Source: Macrostomum hystrix (lineage: Eukaryota > Animalia > Platyhelminthes). From it: a stretch of 64,000 nt of DNA. Below the pieces are notes generated by a model. That model was not told the origin of the DNA and ran no database searches. It saw nothing but the letters and a program-made list of their open reading frames with translations. Location: contig CATNEN010000026.1 in assembly GCA_950097015.1 (NCBI GenBank), positions 992,001 through 1,056,000 on the forward strand, written 5' to 3'. Positions 24,791-34,090 of this stretch are shown piece after piece; the stretch's first letter is position 1, and the number at the start of each line of letters is the position of its first letter. The translations under genes and the position numbers were made by a program.

Positions 24791-25016
24791 ATAATAGGTT
24801 GTTGTTAAAACGAATTCCATATTTGACTGGGCTGCTGATCAATTTCGAAAAACTCTGCCGCAGACTATTATTGGATTTAATCGAAATTCATAATAGATAT
24901 ACACTCGATTTGATTTGGCTTATTTTATGCGAATATTGAGCCTTATAATGAAACAAAAAAATTATTCAATATTTGGCTCTATTTAGGCACGCATTGGGAG
25001 ATAAAATAGGCAGAAA

Positions 25017-25611
25017 AGTAGTAGGGCGAATTATGACACTGCCGCATTAGCACTGGGGAGATAGGAAAGCAGTGTAAAAGGATAGGAGCGGGGCCTACAC
25101 AGTGGAGATATGCAGGCCAATCAGGTGGGTTTGTGCAGGAGCCCATTACTGTGCTTATGACACTGCCGCATTAGCACTGGGGAGATAGGAAAGCAATGTA
25201 AAATGATAGGAAGGAAACGAATGCACTGCAGAGATAAGAGAAATGGCTGGCCTATCTCTGTGCATTAGGGATGGATTAACACTGCAGGGATAGGAAGAGA
25301 GGCCGGCCTATCTCTTTGCGCTGGGTGATTAACACAGCAGAGATAGGAGTAGAGGGGGTGTGGGGGTGTGGGGGCGAAGCCCCCACATTTTAATTAGCCT
25401 TTAATTTTCTTGGTCACTCTGCCTCTGACAAACGGAACTCGCTGGCGCTGGCCCATTTAACCTCCAAGCAGCTGCACTGAGAGAACGTTAAATGCTACCT
25501 TGATGTCTGTGATGCAGGTCATTGCAAGGTCCTGCCTTGCTGGTCTATCTCTCTCTTTGCATTGGGGGTGGGTTAACACTGCAGGGATAGGAAGAGAGGG
25601 TCCGCCTATCA
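25017..25611 (+). repeat. Left TIR (595 bp)
   Basis: Reverse complement of 40963-41929 apart from 124-bp unit copy number and one substitution found (25433 vs 41141). Confidence 0.95.
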
Positions 25612-26034
25612 TTTGGCACTGCAAATAGTCCTCGGAAATTCCGTGGGGTCCTAGTGTGTGAACAAACGCCTATGTGTTTGCATAGTGGACTCTGTCGCAG
25701 GTAAATCTGTCTGAGAGGGAGAGAGACAGTCAGTGCAGTCTGATAAACCGATTGATTATTCAGTTCCACTCCTCCAATGGAATTTCACTTTTGCTCTGGT
25801 CTCTCATATTTTTTCATATGAAGACAACAACAAAACAACTGTTGGCCTGGGCAAAACAGTGAAACCACCATCTGTTTGCAGTGGGTATGGGCAACACTGT
25901 AGAGATAGGACAGTGGATGCGTAGCATAGATACATAAATTCAGCCTAATGTTATTATAAGTTTTCTTAGTATTACAAGTGTATGCGCCCACAGTCTCACC
26001 CACCCCATTACGTTAACCCACCCCACTCCGCTGG

Positions 26035-26042
26035 TATATAAG
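26035..26042 (+). promoter_or_regulatory. Candidate TATA box upstream of the PC4-like gene
   Basis: TATATAAG about 80 bp before an ATG in strong Kozak context (GCTACCATGG, ATG at 26124). Confidence 0.5.
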
Positions 26043-26123
26043 GGTGGGGATTTTTTATTATCGTTAAGAGAGGATTTCTGTTAAACTAATAGCCATTTCG
26101 TCACGGAAGTTTGACCTGCTACC

Positions 26124-26866
26124 ATGGATCTTAGCGACGGCTTTAAAGTTCAAGTACAGGATTCATCGCTATCCGACGCTTCTACTCTTCTGACGGGGAG
26201 CTGAAGCCTGGAATCCCTGGATTCAACTTGAACGTACACCAATGGGAGAAGCTGAAGCAGCTAAGGCGCCAACTCGTGCAGGCTGCAGTCAACCGACGAA
26301 ACGTCACTGCCAAGCTGGGCTCCGACAAGCTCGTAGAAGTCAAGCGAGGAGTCATCTGGCTCAAGCGACTGCCGGAGGACTGCACGGAGGATTTCCTGAG
26401 ACGGAATTCGATCGAGATGACTCCCCGTCTGTGGCGAGCGCTGTGGTGCCATGTCGACCGGATCAGTAGTGAGCTGAGAGGAAAGTCACCGGAGTGCGAG
26501 TACGAGCTGGACCCTCAGGACATCAAGACCGAGCCGGACATCGAGAATCGGGCGGGCCAACACTCTAGTGAGGATGCGGACGACGAGAAGACGCTGCTGA
26601 TTTCCGAGTCAGACAACGCAACCTCCGAACCGCTTCCAGCTGCAGCCCAACTATCGACGCCCAAAGCATTCGGCTGCATCCCACAGCAGGACAGCGACCT
26701 GTCTAAGGATCCTTACTGGTATCAGGCCCGTGCGGCTGCGGGTCTCAGTGTCAACTGCTTGATTGGAAGCCGCAAGCGCAAGCAGCCATGGCCTCTGCGT
26801 AGGAGTGATGCGATCAAGTTTCCGAAGCTGACGGATGACTCAGATGAAAACAAGGACAACGAGTGA
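26124..26866 (+). pseudogene. PC4/Sub1-like ssDNA-binding (transcriptional coactivator p15) domain protein with long C-terminal tail; one frameshift near 26150-26165
   Basis: MDLSDGFKVQVQ (ATG frame), then GFIAIRRFYSSDGELKPGIPGFNLNVHQWEKLK in the frame of ORF 26228-26866. This matches the PC4 core pattern IDIR.(F/Y)...G...PG.KGI.L...QW..L. Confidence 0.8.
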
Positions 26867-27147
26867 ATTTCCAAGTGACAGTACATGCATCAAATAATTT
26901 CTAACTTCATTCATTTGGTCAAATGCGCACTAAGCTTATTATCTATCCAGCCATATTTCAGCAATATAGGCTACAGAGTAATTTTGCTCTGTGCTTCTCG
27001 CAATAGCTAATTTAACTGTCTTTTTTGGCTTTATTTCTCGGTATATGTATCAAGACATTTTATAAACTACATTGTGTCAATACAACTTAAGAAAGTTGCT
27101 AAAGACAAAAAATAATATTGATTCTGACATCCTCTTCATGTTGGAAA

Positions 27148-28216
27148 ATGGAAAAGCTTTACTACAACCCCGCTCAGCCGGCCAGTTTCTCAGGTGCATC
27201 AAAGTTGCAGCAGCAACTAGGGAAAAATAATGAGGTGAAATCTAGAAAATACATTGAGCTGTGGTTAACTGAACAGCCCGTGCACACACTGCACAGGTCA
27301 GCTAGAAGGCGCTATCCCAGAGCACCAATCATAGTGCGATCCATTGACGATCAATGGGAGCTTGACTTGGTTGAGATGATTCCATTCGCAAAGTACAATA
27401 ATGGCTACAAGTACATTCTCACATGCATTGATGCGCTGTCCAAATGTGCATGGGCCAGGCCATTGAAAAATAAATCAGCTGCAGAAGTGCAGTCCGCATT
27501 CGAGAGCATTCTGAAATACTCAAAACGCCAGCCTCGCACAGTCCGCACAGATCAGGGGAAAGAGTTTCTTAACACTACTTTTCGCCAATTCTGCATAGAG
27601 CGGGGGATTCTGGCTTTCCCAACCAATAGTGAGCAGAAAGCAGCCATCATTGAGCGATGGAACAGAACTCTGAAGAGCAAAATGTGGCGGTATTTCACGT
27701 ACAAAAGCACCCTGCACTGGGTTGACGTGCTGTCCAAGCTAGTGAAGTCCTACAACAGCACTTACCATAGAAGCATAAAAATGGCGCCAACAAGCGTCTG
27801 CAAAGAGAATGAATCTGAGGTCTGGATGAACCTGTACGATGGGAAAGCAATTGAGACAATAGAGAAGCTGAAGAAACCGAAATTCTGCGACAATCAGTTA
27901 GTGAGAATTTCCAATGCACCCAGGGTGTTCCGAAAGGGCTACAAGGCCAACTGGAGCGAGGAAGTGTACACTGTGGTGGCCAGGGCCCCGAAGCACTACC
28001 CGTACATGTACAAGATTAGAGACATGAAGGGGGGAAGAGATTCGAGGCCTCTTCCATGAGCAAGAGCTGCAGGCTGTTCCGGACTCACAGCGGTTGTATG
28101 TGATTGAAAAGATTTTGAAGACTGAGAAACGTCATGGAAAAATCCGATATCTTGTGAAGTGGGCCGGCTACAACTCCACCGGGTGGGTGGATGAAAAGGA
28201 CTTAAGAAAAGTCTAG
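27148..28216 (+). CDS. Retroviral-like integrase with C-terminal chromodomain; +1 frameshift in a G6 run at 28029-28034
   Basis: YYNP...FSG, WELDL (D), RTDQGKEF (D), IERWNRTLK (E). After removing one G: KGEEIRGLFHEQELQ...YVIEKILK...YLVKWAGYNSTGWVDEKDL. Confidence 0.95.
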
Positions 28217-28263
28217 TAGTAAACCTATTTCTGTGATAAAGATATTTTCTATTATGAGAAACA

Positions 28264-29064
28264 GTGTTATCAACAGTGAACATGCTGAAGGTACCTAGTG
28301 ACTTTCATTTTCACCTGCCTTCACCTATTTACTTGGATCGAAATGTGGACTATGAGGCTGGTCTGGTTGAAATCCATCTGCCTGTTGCATGGTTCAATCT
28401 TGACGAACCTTACTGCATCACTGTCTCAGTTGGAAGAGAGCACGAGGCCCTGGTTCTTCAACCTGGACGCTTTGCTAGAGTGGAGGAGCTGGTGGAGTGC
28501 CTGAATGAGCTGCTGACCAACTCTGAGTCTCTGTTCTTTGATGCGAGAAGCGACAGAGATGCTGAAATGGAGGCAGACGAATCGGGTCTGCTGGGGCGGC
28601 GTGGTAGTGCAAGAGAGTTCGCTATAAAATTTGAAATATGCAACTCAAGAACTGTTGTGCAAAACAGTACCGCGGAAGCAGAGCTGTTTCTTCCTCCTAA
28701 CAAAATTCTGCAGTGGCTTGGATTCGGAAGTCAAGCAGTTACGATCCGACCTGGTCGCTTTGTGTCAAAGCATTACATTGGCTGCCCACGCACCAGCTTA
28801 ATTAATGTCCACTGCAGCATGGTTGAATCAACTAACTGCAACTGCAGCTCCCTGCTGAGAACTGTTAGCATGAATTCTGAAATTGAATGGGGTTACTATC
28901 TGAGCAAAGTGTTTAAGAAAACGACATTCTTTCCGATTCAGAGAGTCAATTTCCTACAAAGTATTCGAATTCAACTGCGAGACATTTTTGACTGCACATT
29001 TATCGCGCAGACTTGCAGTCCTGTTTTGCTGACCGTTCAGATTCGCGAAAAAAAAATTCAATGA
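28264..29064 (+). CDS. Minor capsid protein (penton, PX-like)
   Basis: SDFHFHLPSPIYLD...YEAGLVEIHLPVAWFNL and C-terminal INVHCSMVE...LLRTV...FFPI...IRIQLRD..., typical of the Polinton penton. The start is uncertain (ATG at 28282, or a frameshifted ATG at 28254). Confidence 0.85.
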   Translation: MLSTVNMLKVPSDFHFHLPSPIYLDRNVDYEAGLVEIHLPVAWFNLDEPYCITVSVGREHEALVLQPGRFARVEELVECLNELLTNSESLFFDARSDRDAEMEADESGLLGRRGSAREFAIKFEICNSRTVVQNSTAEAELFLPPNKILQWLGFGSQAVTIRPGRFVSKHYIGCPRTSLINVHCSMVESTNCNCSSLLRTVSMNSEIEWGYYLSKVFKKTTFFPIQRVNFLQSIRIQLRDIFDCTFIAQTCSPVLLTVQIREKKIQ

Positions 29065-29267
29065 ATTATCAGCAGCTGATTAGGCAATACTCGGGAGCTC
29101 AAACAGGAGCTCAAAAGTCAGTACTTTATGGCTGCGGGAGTTCTCCAGGGCTTATGACGTACCAGCCTCCACCAGATGCTTCATCATCATCATTAACAGG
29201 GCTGATCAATAGCAGCCGTGGCAAAACAAAAAGTCCTAAGAAATCGAAACGAAAGCAGAAAAAATGA
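29061..29267 (+). CDS. Small putative core protein with basic C-terminus
   Basis: MNYQQLIRQYSGAQTG...KTKSPKKSKRKQKK; ATGA overlap with the penton stop; located directly before the MCP. Confidence 0.6.
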   Translation: MNYQQLIRQYSGAQTGAQKSVLYGCGSSPGLMTYQPPPDASSSSLTGLINSSRGKTKSPKKSKRKQKK

Positions 29268-29431
29268 AAGAAGAATCAACTAGCCGGAACACTAGTCGCA
29301 AGAGAGGAAGGAAGACAAAGACTGGCAAGAAAAAGCTTAAGAAAAGGACTGACAAGAAAAGGAAAGCAACTGGAAGAAAGCGCAAAGTCAACAGAAAAAC
29401 TGTGAAACGGGTGCTCGACTCTCTGTCCTAG
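29264..29431 (+). CDS. 55-aa protamine-like basic protein, putative genome-condensing core protein (not in the ORF track)
   Basis: MKEESTSRNTSRKRGRKTKTGKKKLKKRTDKKRKATGRKRKVNRKTVKRVLDSLS: 26 of 55 residues K/R. ATGA overlap upstream; stop 3 nt before the MCP ATG. Confidence 0.65.
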   Translation: MKEESTSRNTSRKRGRKTKTGKKKLKKRTDKKRKATGRKRKVNRKTVKRVLDSLS

Positions 29432-29434
29432 GCG

Positions 29435-30718
29435 ATGGCTTACGGATTTAACCCAAGGCTCGATCTGTTCAAGGCGCCTGTGCTACAGACTTGTATTGAG
29501 AAATCTGCTTACGTTGACATTCATCCTGTGAATTCTATTGTTGCAAACTCACCCATTGAATTTGACTGCCACCAATCAGCTGATGAGTACACTGATTTAG
29601 TTAATTCATTTCTATACATTCGGTGTCGCATTGTGAGACTGAATGGTGCATTGATGAGGGAGGATGAGCTGGGTGAGGATGGAGTTGTTGCAGACCGCAG
29701 AGACAGCAATGTGCATCCGGAAAATTTTGTTCTATCTACAGCCTTCTCAGATGTAATTGTTAGCATTAACCAGCGAATCGTCTCTGGCGGTGACCAGCTG
29801 TACCCGTACCATGCCTACTTCAAAGCACTGATGAGCTCATCCGATGCCCAGCAACTCAAATTTCACCCTGCCGGTTTCCTGGAACCCGACTCAGCTGATG
29901 AGGACCACACTGAGAACCACAGGACCTCCCAATGGAGGGAATATGCGGGACCACTCCTTAGCGACATTTTCCAGTGCCCTGTGTTTCTGCTGAACAATTT
30001 GCACCTGCACATCAAACTGGTGCCCAGTGACGGAGCATTTGGAATCAGAGCTCCAGCCGCCAACGACACCGCCTACAGGATGGAAATATCGCACTGCATC
30101 CTCTATCTCCGCCGAGTCAAAGTTCTGCCCCACATCAGCTTGGCTCACGAGCAGGGGCTGGCTAATCAGAATGCGCTCTACCCAATTGAGCGAACTGAAA
30201 TGCAAAACTTCATCCTGCCCCAGGGAATTCAGTCAAAGAATATTGAAGGATTCACACATGGAAAGCTCCCGAAATTCATCATGCTGGCCTTCGTCAACCA
30301 CCGAGCCTTCAATGGGCACCATCATTCCAGCCCGTTCCAGTTCCAAAACTTCAACCTGAGTCAGCTTGCTCTCAAGAAAGGGGGTGAATCCATGTGCCAC
30401 GGGGCATTTACACCTGAGAACAATTCGTTTGTGAGAGAATATTTGCACTACCTGAAAAGCTGTCAATCTGCGAGCCACACCAACTCGGTTCCATCGATTC
30501 CCTACCAGCTCTTCTCAAACGAGAACACTGTGTTCGCATTCGATCTGACACCCGAGGGAGCGGCTCTGTGGTACGGGCAGAAGGAGGGAAACCTGCGGCT
30601 GGAGATTCGGTTCCGACAGGCCTTGGATGAAGCCGTGTCCCTGATTGTCATGTGTGTGTATGACTCACTGATTGAGGTCACCAAGCACAGGGAGCTATTG
30701 CTGGACTATTCATCTTAA
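29435..30718 (+). CDS. Major capsid protein (double jelly-roll, PY)
   Basis: LDLFKAPVLQTCIE...DIHPVNSI...PIEFD...EYTDL..., LYPIERTE, LPKFIMLAFV...AFNG...PFQFQNFNL, FAFDLTP, GNLRLEIRF. ORF intact, 427 aa. Confidence 0.95.
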   Translation: MAYGFNPRLDLFKAPVLQTCIEKSAYVDIHPVNSIVANSPIEFDCHQSADEYTDLVNSFLYIRCRIVRLNGALMREDELGEDGVVADRRDSNVHPENFVLSTAFSDVIVSINQRIVSGGDQLYPYHAYFKALMSSSDAQQLKFHPAGFLEPDSADEDHTENHRTSQWREYAGPLLSDIFQCPVFLLNNLHLHIKLVPSDGAFGIRAPAANDTAYRMEISHCILYLRRVKVLPHISLAHEQGLANQNALYPIERTEMQNFILPQGIQSKNIEGFTHGKLPKFIMLAFVNHRAFNGHHHSSPFQFQNFNLSQLALKKGGESMCHGAFTPENNSFVREYLHYLKSCQSASHTNSVPSIPYQLFSNENTVFAFDLTPEGAALWYGQKEGNLRLEIRFRQALDEAVSLIVMCVYDSLIEVTKHRELLLDYSS

Positions 30719-31263
30719 TGAAAGTTGATATGGATGCCCTTCAGCTGCGTTCTCTTGCTAGATCCTTCCTGCCCAGCAATCGAATCTTGATAATCACCCT
30801 TTGCTTAAAGCAAAAGACCTGGATAATAAACTGGGATGAAGGAAGAATGCGTGAGAAAATTCCCAATCACAACAGAATCATCAGCTTCTTCTTGATAAAA
30901 CACAGCGTCTCGTTTGGACACTGGGTTGCATGTTTTGTTGGCAATGGAAATGTAGTTGAATTATTTGATTCTCTCGGTTGGAATGCACAGACTCTGAGTG
31001 CCATCCACCAATTTTTTGCTAATAAATTCAAGTTTCCTTTCCGCATGCTTTGCAATGTTAACCGAATCCAATGCAGTCAGTCGGACAAGTGCGGACTTTT
31101 CTGTCTCTATTTTGCATATCAAAGATTTCTTTTGAAGCGATCATTCGAATGGATTCTGCGAAATCTACACGTGAAAGAAAACTGCCCGTTGAATGACAGA
31201 ATGCTTTGTCAGTTTGAAGCCAGCTTAAGAAAAAGAGGTTTATGGCGAAAAAGAAATAGTTGA
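30718..31263 (+). CDS. Adenain/Ulp1-like cysteine maturation protease
   Basis: GHWVA (H), LFDSLG (D), RIQ...DKCGLFC (Q, C); TAATG overlap with the MCP stop. Confidence 0.92.
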   Translation: MKVDMDALQLRSLARSFLPSNRILIITLCLKQKTWIINWDEGRMREKIPNHNRIISFFLIKHSVSFGHWVACFVGNGNVVELFDSLGWNAQTLSAIHQFFANKFKFPFRMLCNVNRIQCSQSDKCGLFCLYFAYQRFLLKRSFEWILRNLHVKENCPLNDRMLCQFEASLRKRGLWRKRNS

Positions 31264-31280
31264 AATAAAGCCTAAGTGAG

Positions 31281-31928
31281 ATGGAGTCAGAAAGAGTGTA
31301 CTATGATGTCCGCCTGCGGCAGGGCAGCTGCATGATGGTCTGCGGACCCACCAATGCTGGAAAGACAACCTTCGTGAAGCATCTAATACAGTACAGGGAT
31401 GTATTATTCGACGTCCAGCCTGGGAGAGTGCTCTGGTACTATGGAATCGCACAGCCAGCGCATGCTGAGTTGAGCAGTCTTGGTGTGCAATTGTATCAGG
31501 GATTACCCACTAACTTTGAGAGCTCATTGATGAGCAATGATCTGGTCATTTTTGATGACATGATTGATGAAACTTCTAACTCTGCCTCAATGCGAAATAT
31601 TTTCACTGGACTCGCCCATCACCTGCCATGCTTTCTTGTAATGCTCACTCAGAATATGTTTTTCAAGGGCAAGGAGTTGCGGACCATGAGCTTGAACGCG
31701 ATGTACTATGTGATCCTAAAAAACCCCAGAGACCAGCTGCAGATCGCTGCATTGGGCAGGCAGTGCTTTCCATAGAAGCCTGGCTTCCTGCTTGAGGTCT
31801 TCAAGCATGTCACAGCGCAGGGCAGGGGGAGCTACCTGTTTCTGGACTTTCACCCTTGCACTCCCGATGAGCTGCGAGTGCGAGCCAGAATTTTGCCCAA
31901 TCAGAGGCCACATCTGGTTTATGCTTAA
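31281..31928 (+). pseudogene. A32-like FtsK/HerA genome-packaging ATPase with an in-frame TAG at 31773-31775
   Basis: Walker A GPTNAGKT, Walker B LVIFDD, KNPRD motif. The frame continues past TAG as KPGFLLEVFKH...GSYLFLDFHP.TPDELRVR to TAA at 31928. Confidence 0.93.
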
Positions 31929-31971
31929 GAATATAGGTTGAGAAATGCTATTAGCCTGAATTATTGCAACT

Positions 31972-32295
31972 ATGGAAGTGTTCGAAGCTCATCAAAGTTT
32001 ATTTGAAGTCCTTGCCTCACACAAATATACAATTAGCCTCAAGCGCGCAATAATACAGCTGAGTCCGAAAGAAGCTTGCACTTTTCTTGTCGAGGCCTGC
32101 CACAACCTATTGGAAGAGAATTTGCCATTTTCTCTTGTTGAAAAGACAGCGCTATTGAAATCTAAAAATATAATCCGCAAGATTGCCCGGCAAAGAAAAC
32201 AGAGTGACTTACTCAAAGCTTCTTTTATCAGAATCCTCCCCACTCTGCTGAAACTTGTGAAAAAGAAGAGGAAAAGAGATGCACAAATTCAATGA
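31972..32295 (+). CDS. Conserved small Polinton protein (PW-like)
   Basis: LVEACHNLLEENLPFS...KTALLKSKNIIRKIA pattern, basic; expected position after the ATPase. Confidence 0.65.
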   Translation: MEVFEAHQSLFEVLASHKYTISLKRAIIQLSPKEACTFLVEACHNLLEENLPFSLVEKTALLKSKNIIRKIARQRKQSDLLKASFIRILPTLLKLVKKKRKRDAQIQ

Positions 32296-32956
32296 GATGG
32301 TTCTGATCTCAAGGTCCGAGTATGAAATGCTGAGGAGGAGTGCCAAGCCCATTGAGTCTGTGAGTGACACGGCCATAAAGCAGGCACAGATGAAATGCGA
32401 TGATATCCTGTTGGCCCAAGACTGCCCAGATGATATGAAGACAGCCCTGTACCAGAGTGCAATGCAAAGCTTGCTGGCAAAGCGAAAGCAGACAGGAAAG
32501 GAAGCTGCATCAGAAGAGAAGAAAGCGAAGTTGATGAAGGCTGAGATGCCTCAAAGAAGCTGGGAGGAAAAGATCTACCAGTCAGTGCCACAGAAGCTCA
32601 AACCGAGGGCTCGGAGTCTATGGGCCATCCTATCTGACAGCCAGTCTGCTATCCGGGTGTCCGATAATGGAGAGGTGAACATTTCTGGGAACTCGATTCC
32701 TAACTAAAACATTGTCGATTTGATTCTGCACACAGTGAAGGACTCAAAAAGTTCTGGTCAGCCTGTTGGATGGCCCGCTTTCAGTGACTTGCTTCGCCAA
32801 AAAAATCTCAATGTGCCTATGTCAGCTGTTGGAAAATCTGTACATCAAGAAATTTTTGATACAATTGAAGATGCACAGCCTTCACTCAAAGGATTGGGCA
32901 ACAGGTCTGCATGGCTGAGGTTGAACAGGGGGAGAAAACAGTATTTAAGAAAGTAA
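32279..32956 (+). pseudogene. Conserved Polinton protein (PZ-like) with an in-frame TAA at 32705-32707
   Basis: MVLISR..., DDMKTALYQ, SVPQKLKPRA..L, GEV.ISG..IP*NIVDLI, P.GW.AF..LL...NVP..AVG. ORFs 32279-32707 and 32720-32956 share one frame. Confidence 0.75.
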
Positions 32957-32997
32957 CGATCATCGAATTATGCCGGTTTCGAGGCACTCGCTTGAGC

Positions 32998-33849
32998 ATG
33001 AACTACATAGACATTCAGGGCTTCCCGTGCGATGGAGAGAAGGATGACTTCATCGTGAAGGAGTTGGCGATCCTTGAAGTCAGGAAAGGAAGCTATCACC
33101 TTTCACACCACGTGTACGCTCCACCGTATGATTGGCAGAGAGTTTCACCTGACATGCGAATGTACTACAAACAGCTTTCGAAAAATCTACATAAATTCAA
33201 GTGGACCGATGGAACCCGGCCATATTTGCAATTAGCTGACGACATTGTGAGCATTGGTAGCGGCGTCAACTGGACAAGCGGAGAGAAAAAATCGATTTTT
33301 CTAACTGAGTTGTTGGGCAGACTGGTCTACAACTTAGACGATTTGGTCTCACATTCTAACAAAGACTCTGATACCGCATGTGCAGTGAGCAACTCATTGC
33401 TGCACTACAGCTGGCTGAAACCAACAGCTTGCATCAACTTAAGAAGCGACAAGTGCTCATGGCATAGAAGCTCAAGCAATTGCAGTAGCAGCAGCAGCCA
33501 GACTTGCAATCAGAATGATGATCAAAGGCGCTGCAACCTTGAGAATCACCAACCTGGTTGGTGGAGTGGATCTGAGACTGACTGGAGGCAGAGGCGCCCA
33601 GCTTCCTCTAAGGGAGCTGGCTCTCAGCATGGCTCATGTGATCTACCGACCCGTGTGGCCCAGAGTGCTCATCAAGCAGATGCGGAATCCCAGAGTTACC
33701 CTACTGCTCTACCCTACTGGGCAACTGAGCATCTGTGGCGCAAAGAGCTACGCCGACTCGGTCAGGGCTGCCCGGCGCTTCGTCGCTATGCTGCATCGCC
33801 GAGTGCCGGCTCAGCTGCTGCCTCGTCAAGCTTTCGGTGTGAGGATTAA
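32998..33849 (+). CDS. DEDD/DnaQ-fold-like accessory protein, probably catalytically altered; long C-terminal read-through overlapping the TBP gene
   Basis: YIDIQGF...FIVKELA...HHVYAPPYDW...HKFKWTDG..PY...GEKK.IFL...VYNLDDL. The first acidic motif is D-I-Q rather than D-x-E. Confidence 0.6.
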   Translation: MNYIDIQGFPCDGEKDDFIVKELAILEVRKGSYHLSHHVYAPPYDWQRVSPDMRMYYKQLSKNLHKFKWTDGTRPYLQLADDIVSIGSGVNWTSGEKKSIFLTELLGRLVYNLDDLVSHSNKDSDTACAVSNSLLHYSWLKPTACINLRSDKCSWHRSSSNCSSSSSQTCNQNDDQRRCNLENHQPGWWSGSETDWRQRRPASSKGAGSQHGSCDLPTRVAQSAHQADAESQSYPTALPYWATEHLWRKELRRLGQGCPALRRYAASPSAGSAAASSSFRCED

Positions 33850-34090
33850 GACTATCACTGCGCATGGAAAACTTGCAATTCAAAATGTGCTAAATCTAAC
33901 AAGTTTGTCACATCTGCTACCAAATGCTGAATATGAACCCGAATCATTTTCTGCTTTAATTTTCAAATTACGATTTTGCAAGTGTCTGCTTTTTCACAGT
34001 GGGTCATTTGTTCTAAGCGGTGCTCGATCTTTGAATCAGCTACGAACCGACAGCATCCGTCTGCGCGAATTAGTTTTTTCTCTATTATAA
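33515..34090 (+). CDS. TATA-box-binding protein (TBP)-like protein, both saddle repeats, ORF intact (191 aa)
   Basis: Repeat 1: ITNLVGGVDL...LRELA...YRPVWPRVLIKQMRNPRVTLLLYPTGQLSICGAKSYADSVRAARRF. Repeat 2: IKTITAHGKL...LNLTSL...AEYEPESFSALIFKL...CLLFHSGSFVLSGARS. Colinear with the TBP core. Confidence 0.92.
   Translation: MMIKGAATLRITNLVGGVDLRLTGGRGAQLPLRELALSMAHVIYRPVWPRVLIKQMRNPRVTLLLYPTGQLSICGAKSYADSVRAARRFVAMLHRRVPAQLLPRQAFGVRIKTITAHGKLAIQNVLNLTSLSHLLPNAEYEPESFSALIFKLRFCKCLLFHSGSFVLSGARSLNQLRTDSIRLRELVFSLL

Noticed and set aside
26141-26160. Programmed -1 frameshift for the PC4-like gene at TTTAAAG
   Set aside because: The heptamer is not in the required phase relative to the ATG frame, and the -1 frame has a TAA at 26144; a simple indel is more likely.
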